From: a virus
DNA length: 64,000 nt
Reading direction: 5' to 3' (one strand)
Virus record (IMG/VR): IMGVR_UViG_3300022908_000003
Coordinates: 4,054 to 68,053 of that record
The notes under the pieces are model-generated. The model had not been told where the DNA came from. It saw only the letters and a list, made by a program, of their open reading frames with translations, and ran no database searches. Below are positions 47,858 through 56,227 of this stretch, one piece after another (within the stretch, counting starts at the first letter, position 1; every line of letters begins with the position of its first letter). A program made the translations under genes and the position numbers.

Positions 47858-49921
47858 TTAATAGGTTAGTTTTGTCTTCTTTAATGTATTAAATATCATT
47901 TCAGAAGAAGTGTTAAACCTATAGTGTGTTCTTACCGGTATTGATACACTAGGATTTAGCGCAGAGTTTATTGCAGATACTATAGCAGGGTTTACATCAA
48001 TAGCAGCTTTTGCAGTGTTTTGGTGTATTCCATCCCCACTTGCCCATGTATCTTGCCCTCCCGCGGTTACTCCGTCTGTAACATAGGAAGGAAGATCTAC
48101 TGCAATTGTGTTGCTATCTGCTGCCTGTACAACTCCTTGCTTAACCTGTGTCCATTTAAAGTCACCGCCAATAGGCTGTAAGAAAATTATCTTTGCTAGT
48201 GGTGCAGCGGCTCTTAGAGCAGGGATAAATGCAGCTACAGAAGCAACTACATTTGCATCAGATGTACCGTGAAGCCAATCATTTGTGCCTTCATTTACTA
48301 CAATATAGTCTGGTGCAGGTGAGAATGCCCCACTTACTAACCTGCTTACTCCTGCCCAATGTTTATTCCATGCACTATTTGTGTCATCTCCAGGAACAAA
48401 TAGTGCTGGAACATTATAAGCAGCTAACCACCTAAACCCTTGCCCTCCCATTGGAATTAATCCAACTTCACAACCTAATGCTTTTGCAACCGCTTCTACA
48501 TGGTTGTAATAAGGGCTTGGGATACTTGTTCCTTCTATGCCGTCTGCTGGATTTAATGCAATACTATCGGAATACCATAAAAGTCTTTTTGATAGTAGAG
48601 CATAAGCTCCTATAGTTTCTCCGGTATCTATGTTTATACCGGTTATTTTTATTATAGAAGGCGGTGGGTTAGCTGTCCATAGATCGGCTGTACCACCTCC
48701 AAATTGGGATCTCCAATATATTCTTACAGTGTGAGCAGAGTTCCAAAGTCCTGAACTCATAAGAACTATAGAAGTAGTTGCATTTGTTATGTTTGTGCTA
48801 ACGAATGCTCTTTCGTCTACGCTATATATTATTGTAGAAGATCCTGCCGATGCTTGTAAGCCACTAAGATCAAGTAGTAAAGTGCAGTTACTACCGGAGA
48901 ATGTAAACTTAGAGTGCCAATCAATGTCATTACTTTCTACACTAGTAGTACTTGTTATATGTGTAGCGTAAGGAGAAAGACCTGCTTGAAAGTTTGCATT
49001 ACTAATTGCAACAGATAGGTTTGTGTTATTTTCAGTATAGATCTGAGTAAAACCTGTACCTGTATCTGCTGCTGCAATTCCGCATTGACCTGCGGACTGT
49101 ATTACAGAGTTTGTACCTGTGGTTATTGTAGATGATACTCTTCCTGTACTGTTTCCTGAGACAGTTAAAGGAATATGTAAGCCAGCAGAAACTCTATATA
49201 CTGTATATGTTATAGTAGTTGGGTTTGTTCCAGAGGCACTTGATAAGCATTCAATTACATTTGTTGAAGACGCAGCCCAATTTGTACTTGAAACACTTGT
49301 CTCAACTCCTTGCAAACAGTGAAATACCTGTACTTGGAAAGTTGTACTACCATTCCATATTCCCACTATCTTTACATAGTCTGTATTATCTACATATCTA
49401 AGAAAAGCTAGAGTAGGTCTATATGAAGTTGCAGGTAAAGCAGCAGTTTTTACATATTGACTGTTATTTAGTACATTTTCTGAGCTAGGTCTAAGTAACG
49501 GTGCATCTCTCTGGCGAACTATGCTTTCACCATTAGAGTGATTATTTACTGTATTTGTAGTAAATGTAATAGATGTGCCAGCTATTGACTGTATTTGCAG
49601 TGCTTCTGCATTTGCGGTTCCTGCACCTACTATATCTACTTCTCCAACAACTCTAGAAGTTGCTGAAGTATACACTATTACATTTGTTCCAGCAGTAGTA
49701 GCTCCATTTACAGTTGTACTGCCTATAGTTGCTACTGTTTTTGTAGAAACTATAGCTCCAGAAGTTGTAGTATACTGCCCCCAGGTGTCAATCCATCCAT
49801 TACCTACTGCTCCCGTACCTGAAACCACATGATCTATAATTTTACTAGCATTTGTAGTTACTGTAGGAACAAAAAGAAGTAGAAATAACAGGTTTGCTTT
49901 TACAGCTAATTTTAGTTTCAT
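47858..49921 (-). CDS. SGNH/GDSL esterase-domain protein with N-terminal signal peptide
   Basis: WYSDSI (block I), GGQG (II), NEGTND (III), DGIH (V); N-term MKLKLAVKANLLFLLLFVPTVTTNA. Confidence 0.7.
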   Translation of the reverse strand: MKLKLAVKANLLFLLLFVPTVTTNASKIIDHVVSGTGAVGNGWIDTWGQYTTTSGAIVSTKTVATIGSTTVNGATTAGTNVIVYTSATSRVVGEVDIVGAGTANAEALQIQSIAGTSITFTTNTVNNHSNGESIVRQRDAPLLRPSSENVLNNSQYVKTAALPATSYRPTLAFLRYVDNTDYVKIVGIWNGSTTFQVQVFHCLQGVETSVSSTNWAASSTNVIECLSSASGTNPTTITYTVYRVSAGLHIPLTVSGNSTGRVSSTITTGTNSVIQSAGQCGIAAADTGTGFTQIYTENNTNLSVAISNANFQAGLSPYATHITSTTSVESNDIDWHSKFTFSGSNCTLLLDLSGLQASAGSSTIIYSVDERAFVSTNITNATTSIVLMSSGLWNSAHTVRIYWRSQFGGGTADLWTANPPPSIIKITGINIDTGETIGAYALLSKRLLWYSDSIALNPADGIEGTSIPSPYYNHVEAVAKALGCEVGLIPMGGQGFRWLAAYNVPALFVPGDDTNSAWNKHWAGVSRLVSGAFSPAPDYIVVNEGTNDWLHGTSDANVVASVAAFIPALRAAAPLAKIIFLQPIGGDFKWTQVKQGVVQAADSNTIAVDLPSYVTDGVTAGGQDTWASGDGIHQNTAKAAIDVNPAIVSAINSALNPSVSIPVRTHYRFNTSSEMIFNTLKKTKLTY

Positions 49922-50739
49922 GGGCTAACCCTTCCGAAAGTTCCATAATTAGCTATAGTAGCTTGTACAGATGCAGGAGTATAGGTGAAAGATCCATTTA
50001 CCTGCCCGGAATTTCCTATATAAAGGTTAGCTCCGGATAATGACCATTTTACGCCTACCGAGTTAGCCGGTAAAGTTCCTCCAGCAAGTGTAGTTAATGT
50101 AGTCGCAGAAGTTATACTATATGTAAAATCTGCTGCTAGTTGAACACCGGCACTATCTACATAAAACCCTTTTAATGTAGCTGTTCCTGATGTAGATGCA
50201 AGAACATATGTAGATAGTGCCGGAGCAGATTGAACTACTACTACAGGAACTCCAGAGGCATTACCTTGCACACCTATAAGAGTTGTTGCTGCTGTTCCTG
50301 CTGAAGATTGTACATTAGTCTGATTAGCTGCTGTAGAAGCTCCAGTAGGTAAAGGAACAGAGGCTAAGCTTACAGGTTGAGTTGCTTGCCAAAATGTACC
50401 GGACACAGGCTGTACACTTTGCCAGAAAGTACCTGTAACTCCTACATTAGACCATGTACCTCCTTGATACATTGTACCTTTTAGTAAGGTCTGGTCTGAT
50501 TGGGTTACAGCACCTCCACCTCCACCGCCCCCTCCACCAACTGAATTAGGATCTAGAGTTATCCTGCCTGAAGTGTCTACAACAATAGGTCTAGAAACAC
50601 CTGCTGGGTCTGTTCCTTGTATTACTGTAGTATCTGCTAATAAACAAGGCATAGACAGATAGAAAACAAAACTTGATAGTAATATAGGAGTTATAAGTCT
50701 TTTACCATAGTTTTTACGGTACATTTTTAGGTTTGCCAA
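49918..50739 (-). CDS. Gly/Thr-rich fibre-like protein with N-terminal hydrophobic segment
   Basis: Repeats VTGTFWQSVQPVSGTFWQATQPVSLASVPLPTGAST; LITPILLSSFVFYLSMPCLLA. Confidence 0.55.
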   Translation of the reverse strand: MANLKMYRKNYGKRLITPILLSSFVFYLSMPCLLADTTVIQGTDPAGVSRPIVVDTSGRITLDPNSVGGGGGGGGGAVTQSDQTLLKGTMYQGGTWSNVGVTGTFWQSVQPVSGTFWQATQPVSLASVPLPTGASTAANQTNVQSSAGTAATTLIGVQGNASGVPVVVVQSAPALSTYVLASTSGTATLKGFYVDSAGVQLAADFTYSITSATTLTTLAGGTLPANSVGVKWSLSGANLYIGNSGQVNGSFTYTPASVQATIANYGTFGRVSP

Positions 50740-50820
50740 CCTCTCTGGTGAAAGATAGTGTGCCGCCGAGCGAAGCGAGGCGGGTGTCCTATAGAAAATA
50801 TGAATAGAAAATATACTATT

Positions 50821-51144
50821 CTATTTCGTTTCGTCCGCAGACTTAGTAGGCTGCATTAAATCATAATTCTCTAGGAAATCCTCTTCAGACATTACGGAGT
50901 TTCCATTACCTTCATCTCCGAACATAATAATGTAATCGCCATCCTTTAGATCCATGGCTTCTCCAGAAGAATTTTCTACAGTATAGTAAGTCATCGTTAC
51001 CTTGCCTGTAGAAATATCTGTGATCTCGTTTGTCTGTACGCAATCAGGCCATGACTTAGGTTCCTCTACTTTAAACTGAACTGCTTGTACAGGTTCTTGC
51101 TTTGGTAGATAGTTTGGAAATAGTTTCTTGGTGTTGTTTGCCAT
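50821..51144 (-). CDS. conserved phage protein (paralogue of 51429..51677)
   Basis: PVQAVQF..GDYII..SEEDFLENY pattern. Confidence 0.6.
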   Translation of the reverse strand: MANNTKKLFPNYLPKQEPVQAVQFKVEEPKSWPDCVQTNEITDISTGKVTMTYYTVENSSGEAMDLKDGDYIIMFGDEGNGNSVMSEEDFLENYDLMQPTKSADETK

Positions 51145-51150
51145 TGTTAT

Positions 51151-51405
51151 TTAATCTTTCTGTATTATATTTACTAGTTGATCTCCAAGCTGTTTAGAGA
51201 TCTCTTCATCTGTCATTGAAGAGTGTGCTTCTAGTTCTACTTCAACTGGTGCAGTAAGTGTGGCTATCCAACCACCTTCTTCGGCGTCGAAATGTATTGA
51301 GCAGCCGGTCACTGGAAGAGGATGTTCTGACCCATCTTTCTTTATTAAAGTTACTGCACAAGTATAGGGTTTCAAATACTCTCCTGTAACTTTGATTTTG
51401 TCCAT
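51151..51405 (-). CDS. hypothetical protein
   Basis: 84-aa ORF with AAGGAAA RBS. Confidence 0.55.
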   Translation of the reverse strand: MDKIKVTGEYLKPYTCAVTLIKKDGSEHPLPVTGCSIHFDAEEGGWIATLTAPVEVELEAHSSMTDEEISKQLGDQLVNIIQKD

Positions 51406-51428
51406 TGGTTCTGGTTTTCCTTTGGCTT

Positions 51429-51677
51429 TTATTCTACTAGTTCATATGTTGCTTCAAATATGTCTGGTTTACAAGGGTATATTTCGCCCTTAACACCTTT
51501 TATAATAAAGTCACCAATTTCTCCGCGCATAGTTCCTTCTAAAGTTTTAATTTCGCAATGTGTTTCATAAGTGACTATATTATTTTTAGTAACTTCATCA
51601 CAAAACCACTCAGGTCTATCGTCTGTCCAATAGCGGAAAGCTTCTATTACTACAGGTTTCTTACGATACTTAGGCAT
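51429..51677 (-). CDS. conserved phage protein (KKPVVIEA..TLEG..GDFIIKG..YPCKPDIF family)
   Basis: Widely seen phage small-protein signature. Confidence 0.75.
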   Translation of the reverse strand: MPKYRKKPVVIEAFRYWTDDRPEWFCDEVTKNNIVTYETHCEIKTLEGTMRGEIGDFIIKGVKGEIYPCKPDIFEATYELVE

Positions 51678-51700
51678 TCTCTGATTTCCTTTAGTGTAAA

Positions 51701-51810
51701 TCGGGAGGGAAGGGTTCGAACCTTCATGTAGAGAGTATAGTAAACTGATCAGAGATCTATAGTGTCTCAGCCAAGTGCTCTTGGTGCATTGCCGATTATG
51801 CTACCTCCCG
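51701..51810 (-). ncRNA. tRNA-like element lacking a normal anticodon loop
   Basis: Acceptor CGGGAGG/CCTCCCG, D-arm GCAT-AATCGGCA-ATGC, T-arm GAAGG-TTCGAAC-CCTTC. Anticodon stem CCAAG/CTTGG has only a 4-nt loop; variable region is 45 nt. Confidence 0.75.
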
Positions 51811-51831
51811 GTGTTTGTTACTGTAGGTAAT

Positions 51832-51910
51832 TTGGGTGGAAAGGTCTCGAACCTTTACCGACTACGCGGAAAACCCGTCACGCCGTTCTACCTGTTAAAC
51901 TACACACCCA
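51832..51910 (-). tRNA. degenerate tRNA / tRNA-like element, anticodon unassignable
   Basis: Acceptor TGGGTG(T)G/CCACCCA with a bulge, D-arm GTTT-AACAGGTA-GAAC, T-arm AAAGG-TTCGAGA-CCTTT; irregular anticodon arm. Confidence 0.6.
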
Positions 51911-52068
51911 TGTTAGTAAATTTTCTACAGGGGGTAGTTTCTAAAATAAATTTTCAAAATTTAATAGAGTTCCTCCCCCTCCCGGCTTCATATGAAAAGG
52001 TGCCTACCCCCCCCCCCTGCCCTTAGTGTATTTATTGCACTAATTCTGCTCAGTGGTTGATGGCTTAC

Positions 52069-52154
52069 TGTATTTTCTTTAGTAGATCTCCCTATACATT
52101 CCATACCCCTATACATTCATGTCTTAGTGTAGTAAATATACTAAAGAAAATACA
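52069..52154. repeat. 16-bp inverted repeat enclosing a 12-bp direct repeat
   Basis: TGTATTTTCTTTAGTA...TACTAAAGAAAATACA; CCCTATACATTC at 52090 and 52107. Confidence 0.8.
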
Positions 52155-52656
52155 ATAGACTAGCTTGTAATAGTGATGATTACATGTTATTACAGGAATT
52201 GCAGTTGGGTAGATACTATATCGAACCATATCAGATTATATCACGATATACCGGGCTATACCGTTGTATTAACTATGATACAGCCATTCCCTCAGTGTAT
52301 ACCGCTATGGTTTCCAACTACCTATACATAGTCTGTAGTGAGTTGCATTGTACGCTCAGTCTGCCTATCTGTCAAGATTTTACTACCAAACTACCAATAA
52401 CTATCATTATCTGTCAAACCTACCCTTATACATCTATTCTCCTTGTCCCTACGTTGACCGTACAGAGCGTTTACCGGTCTCTCATGACTTCTACCTCATT
52501 GTCCATCTAAGCATGTCTACACAACTGAATTTAATACGGTTTAGTGGCTATTTGCATCTCATAGAAGCATAGAAAAATTTTTTAATATTCCCTGCCCTTC
52601 CTGCCCTTCCCTCTACCCAGCTAACCATATCTCAGCTATGTCCTAATCCCTGTCAC

Positions 52657-52692
52657 AAAAAAAAACCACACAACTCGAATGAGTTGCATGGC
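52657..52692 (-). terminator. intrinsic terminator ending the early gene block
   Basis: Minus strand GCCATGCAACTC-ATTC-GAGTTGTGTGG followed by a T-run. Confidence 0.8.
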
Positions 52693-52711
52693 TTGATTAA
52701 CTACGTTCCTA

Positions 52712-52755
52712 CTACCTGGGTTAGATCTCTATTGGCCTACCTGGGTTAGATCTCT
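52712..52755. repeat. 19-bp direct repeat
   Basis: CTACCTGGGTTAGATCTCT at 52712 and 52737. Confidence 0.8.
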
Positions 52756-52765
52756 TTATTTTTTT

Positions 52766-53098
52766 TTATTCTACATCCGCTTTATTCATAACCTTACCTT
52801 GTTGCACTTCATCGTCACCCCGTAATATCTTACCTTCTTCTATATCGCCATTAGCTAAGATAGTTTGATTGGCTACATACCGGCTTAATCTGAGCGCATG
52901 AGTTGCGAGTATATCGCATTCCTCACTTAGATCTTTCGTTGGTTCTATAACTTCATCTCTATCACGAGCTAATTTTTTTAGTAATTTAGTTTCTTTTACA
53001 TAGAGTTTTGCAATCTTAATTGCCTGTCCTAGTGTGAGCAGAAGAAGTGTTTTAACTTCGCTATTCGGACTTGCTAGTAATTTCTTTTCAATCTTCAT
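52766..53098 (-). CDS. hypothetical protein
   Basis: 110-aa ORF with AAGGAG RBS. Confidence 0.6.
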   Translation of the reverse strand: MKIEKKLLASPNSEVKTLLLLTLGQAIKIAKLYVKETKLLKKLARDRDEVIEPTKDLSEECDILATHALRLSRYVANQTILANGDIEEGKILRGDDEVQQGKVMNKADVE

Positions 53099-53121
53099 TT
53101 TAATTCTCTCCTTCGGATAAT

Positions 53122-53334
53122 TTACGCAAACAATTCGAAAATTATTCTACTTTGTACATTGTCTTTTGACTTGTAATACTGAATTACCTTAGCTTCTCTT
53201 GTTTCTGTTCTAATAAATTTACCCAACTTTTCATTTCCACTCGGATAACTAACAAGTTCCCATGTTTTCCCGTCTCTATGTAATTGTTCTAAAGTTATAC
53301 GAACTTCATATTTTCTAGCATTTCTAAATTTCAT
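53122..53334 (-). CDS. hypothetical protein, paralogue family member 1
   Basis: W..YPS..LG.F..YY..RIIFE, shared with 53637..53855. Confidence 0.6.
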   Translation of the reverse strand: MKFRNARKYEVRITLEQLHRDGKTWELVSYPSGNEKLGKFIRTETREAKVIQYYKSKDNVQSRIIFELFA

Positions 53335-53359
53335 TTGAGTGTATCCTTCGGATGGTTAG

Positions 53360-53602
53360 TTATTTCTCTACAACGGTAAACATAATACGATACAATATAC
53401 AATCAGCGTTTACTTTTCCTACATTGTTATATTTCTTGTAATGGTGCCATTCTTGATAAGTTGTTGTTTCACTCCAATTGTACTTACCTATATCTAGTTT
53501 ATCTAACTCATTTTCCGGCACTTCTACATATTCGTCATTCTCATTTAAAACCTGTACAATGACCTTAATTTTTTGCTGTTTTCTGATTGCCTTGATTTTC
53601 AT
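53360..53602 (-). CDS. hypothetical protein, paralogue family member 2
   Basis: LDIGKY..YRIMF similarity to neighbours. Confidence 0.55.
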   Translation of the reverse strand: MKIKAIRKQQKIKVIVQVLNENDEYVEVPENELDKLDIGKYNWSETTTYQEWHHYKKYNNVGKVNADCILYRIMFTVVEK

Positions 53603-53636
53603 GGTTTATCCTTTTCTTTCTACTAAGCTAGTTAAT

Positions 53637-53855
53637 TTAAATAAACATCTCAAAAACTATTCTGTACATAGTTCCGTCTTTATGTTGATAGTATACGTCT
53701 ACTCGACTGTTCTCACTTCTAATTATATGGTTAAAGTCTCCTAACTCTAAACTATCTGAGGGATATTTTATATCTTCCCATATCCCGGCGTCAAAATTAA
53801 TACACTTCTGTAAGGTTTTTGTAATTTCTACCTTCTTAGCCTTTTTGTATTTCAT
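53637..53855 (-). CDS. hypothetical protein, paralogue family member 3
   Basis: WEDIKYPS..LGDF..YY..YRIVFE. Confidence 0.6.
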   Translation of the reverse strand: MKYKKAKKVEITKTLQKCINFDAGIWEDIKYPSDSLELGDFNHIIRSENSRVDVYYQHKDGTMYRIVFEMFI

Positions 53856-54059
53856 TTAGTTTCTATATCCTTTTTTCTTCTTGCCGTTTGACCGTGCGAT
53901 TTCCTCAAAAGATTGTACTTTCTGTTCTGGAATTTCTTCTCCTTTCTCGTTGCCTGTGCCTGCATTTAATCGGTTATTGATTATTGCTACCGGTCCCCCT
54001 ATAAACAACGGTAACAAAAAACACAATATAATCGCTAACGGGTCTTGATACCATTCCAT
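53856..54059 (-). CDS. small membrane protein
   Basis: LAIILCFLLPLFIGGPVAII TM segment. Confidence 0.55.
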   Translation of the reverse strand: MEWYQDPLAIILCFLLPLFIGGPVAIINNRLNAGTGNEKGEEIPEQKVQSFEEIARSNGKKKKGYRN

Positions 54060-54346
54060 TATACTAATTCCTTTCGAGATCTAAGAGGTAAACTCATGCA
54101 TGTTTGACCTTCTTCGCGTCCATTGTACTTGCATAAGTTCATTGTATTCTTTACCCAATCATAAGAGGGTAATTGATCATATTCAATTTTCCCGTTAGCT
54201 CCAAAACAATCGGTATTTCCTCCCGGTGTCCACTTCCGATGGAATAAGCTTTCATGAGTAAATAAACTTGGATTTCCATCTTTTGTTGAGAGCATATGCA
54301 TTGCAATTTTGAAATTGGCTAAGTTCATTATATTTTCTCCGACCAT
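54059..54346 (-). CDS. hypothetical protein
   Basis: ORF in the early operon. Confidence 0.5.
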   Translation of the reverse strand: MVGENIMNLANFKIAMHMLSTKDGNPSLFTHESLFHRKWTPGGNTDCFGANGKIEYDQLPSYDWVKNTMNLCKYNGREEGQTCMSLPLRSRKELV

Positions 54347-54792
54347 GTTTCTACTCGAAATTCTCGCTTAATACCTTGCTGGAAAGTTTGGTACTTTCCT
54401 CTATCTTGATTGGCATTCTGTATTCTGCGATAATTACGATATGCAAAATACCATGCCCTTCTCAGACTAAATTGAGTTGATTTATCGCCATTCTTTTGAT
54501 TGTAAACTAAAGCAAATGTACATACCGGGTAATCGCCATAGCTGCCCCAATTGATATAAAGATCTATATTTACAACATCAGGATAAACGCTATAACGAAC
54601 GTTCTTTATATCTTCTCCACGGCATTCCAGCTTAGTTGTAAACGGGTTATTATCACGGTTCCCAAGTCCGTTTATATGCCTGGCAAGTCTATTTTCTGCA
54701 TTGAGAGGAAAGCACAATAAATGCGACGCAATATAATGGCTATTACGGTATTTTTTAGCAAGTTCGTTTTTAAGCTTAGTTGATGTTTTCAT
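54328..54792 (-). CDS. hypothetical protein
   Basis: 154-aa ORF. Confidence 0.6.
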   Translation of the reverse strand: MKTSTKLKNELAKKYRNSHYIASHLLCFPLNAENRLARHINGLGNRDNNPFTTKLECRGEDIKNVRYSVYPDVVNIDLYINWGSYGDYPVCTFALVYNQKNGDKSTQFSLRRAWYFAYRNYRRIQNANQDRGKYQTFQQGIKREFRVETWSEKI

Positions 54793-54793
54793 T

Positions 54794-54991
54794 TTAATTT
54801 ACCTTTGCATAACATGCTGCATAGATCATAGAATGAGTAATATTAGAAGCTTGTATGCTCACTCCTGTTTTAAGTTCCGTACAAGTATAATTTACCCTTA
54901 ACGCATTTCCGAAACCTGCATAAAGGAAGAATGTAGTTAGTTCAAAGGTTACAAACTTACCCTTGTACGGAACTGTAATAGTAGACGGCAT
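54794..54991 (-). CDS. hypothetical protein
   Basis: 65-aa ORF coupled to the upstream stop. Confidence 0.5.
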   Translation of the reverse strand: MPSTITVPYKGKFVTFELTTFFLYAGFGNALRVNYTCTELKTGVSIQASNITHSMIYAACYAKVN

Positions 54992-55194
54992 TATTTTATT
55001 TCCTTATCAAAACAAAAAGCAATAGCAACAAGAGTTGCAATTCCAAATATAATTGTACCAAAAAAGTACATTCCCTGGATTGCAACAAGATTGGAGTAGC
55101 TAGGCGAAAACCGGTTAATAACTCCAATGACACTAAGCATATGCACAAAATATGCAGTAATAAGCGCAAGTAACAGAGCAATGACTATTTTCAT
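54991..55194 (-). CDS. two-TM small membrane protein
   Basis: Start re-placed at MKIVIALLLAL behind AAGGA; two hydrophobic helices. Confidence 0.55.
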   Translation of the reverse strand: MKIVIALLLALITAYFVHMLSVIGVINRFSPSYSNLVAIQGMYFFGTIIFGIATLVAIAFCFDKEIK

Positions 55195-55204
55195 TATGTT
55201 ATCC

Positions 55205-55300
55205 TTATACCTTATACTGAGCATAGTAAAATGCAAAACTTGCAAACATAAACGCAATTGCGCCAATAGAAAGACCTAAACATGACCATGCAAAATCCAT
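55205..55300 (-). CDS. 31-aa hydrophobic peptide (not in ORF track)
   Basis: MDFAWSCLGLSIGAIAFMFASFAFYYAQYKV with AAGGAG RBS. Confidence 0.55.
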   Translation of the reverse strand: MDFAWSCLGLSIGAIAFMFASFAFYYAQYKV

Positions 55301-55380
55301 TGTGTGAACTCCTTGTATAAAAGTCTAATTGACTTACCATAACCTATTAGACCAAATACTAATAGGCTATTGCAAATAAA

Positions 55381-55650
55381 TTAGAAAACACAATTAATAT
55401 AAATATTGTTAGTATTATACCCTAGTTCAATACCGTATACCTTATGTGTTTTACGAAAATTACATACCCGGTATGTTGCCTTAACTTTATATTCAATTTC
55501 TTCTCCGCATTTATTGCAGCAAATTAAATCAATATCAAATAATCCCCACTCCATTAAATCTTCATCATAAGCTTCTATAACTCTCGTTTCAAACACATGT
55601 CCGCATTTGCAAACATCCGATACCCTAACTCCAAAACCATCAGGCACCAT
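55381..55650 (-). CDS. zinc-ribbon hypothetical protein
   Basis: CKCGH..CNKCG; AGGAG RBS; first gene after the promoter. Confidence 0.6.
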   Translation of the reverse strand: MVPDGFGVRVSDVCKCGHVFETRVIEAYDEDLMEWGLFDIDLICCNKCGEEIEYKVKATYRVCNFRKTHKVYGIELGYNTNNIYINCVF

Positions 55651-55685
55651 TGTGTGAACTCCTAAACTAAAGTAAATCTACTAAG

Positions 55686-55714
55686 AGTATATCACGGTCT
55701 GCATAGTATGTCAA
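55686..55714 (-). promoter_or_regulatory. sigma70-type promoter
   Basis: TTGACA-17 nt-TATACT with extended TG. Confidence 0.8.
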
Positions 55715-56154
55715 GCACTTTACTAAATTTTCTTTAGTCCCGGTTCCAAAGTCCCGTTCTTTCTGGTAGAAGAAATCATGCCCGATAACTTCCATTGTAT
55801 TCTTTACACTTACTCAGTAAGTCCCTAGAATGGCTGTTTACAGCACAAGTCTAAGCAATTCTCTGTCCCTGTAATCCATAGAAACTCTGATAGTTACGTA
55901 CTTTGTCTACTATGTTTCTTATCTATAGAAAATCCTATACGAACAGATTTCAACATCAAAACTGCGTTTATGTAGACATAACTCTATACCTTCTACGTTC
56001 GCCGTAGCAAAAAGTCAACGTACAATCACCCCAAAACCTTTATTGAACGCGTCTCCGTGCGTTCTACGGTCAAATAGAGGTACTACAATCCGTTCGCTCA
56101 AACAGCCATAACCGAACAAAGACCGTTTTCACCATACCCAGGTACCCGGACATG

Positions 56155-56188
56155 AAAAAAGACCGGACTGCATGAAGCAATCCGGCCT
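56155..56188 (-). terminator. intrinsic terminator
   Basis: Minus strand AGGCCGGATTGC-TTCAT-GCAGTCCGGTCT followed by a T-run. Confidence 0.8.
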
Positions 56189-56227
56189 ATCTCTGATTTT
56201 TATGATCTAACTACCTCGCGGTGGAAC

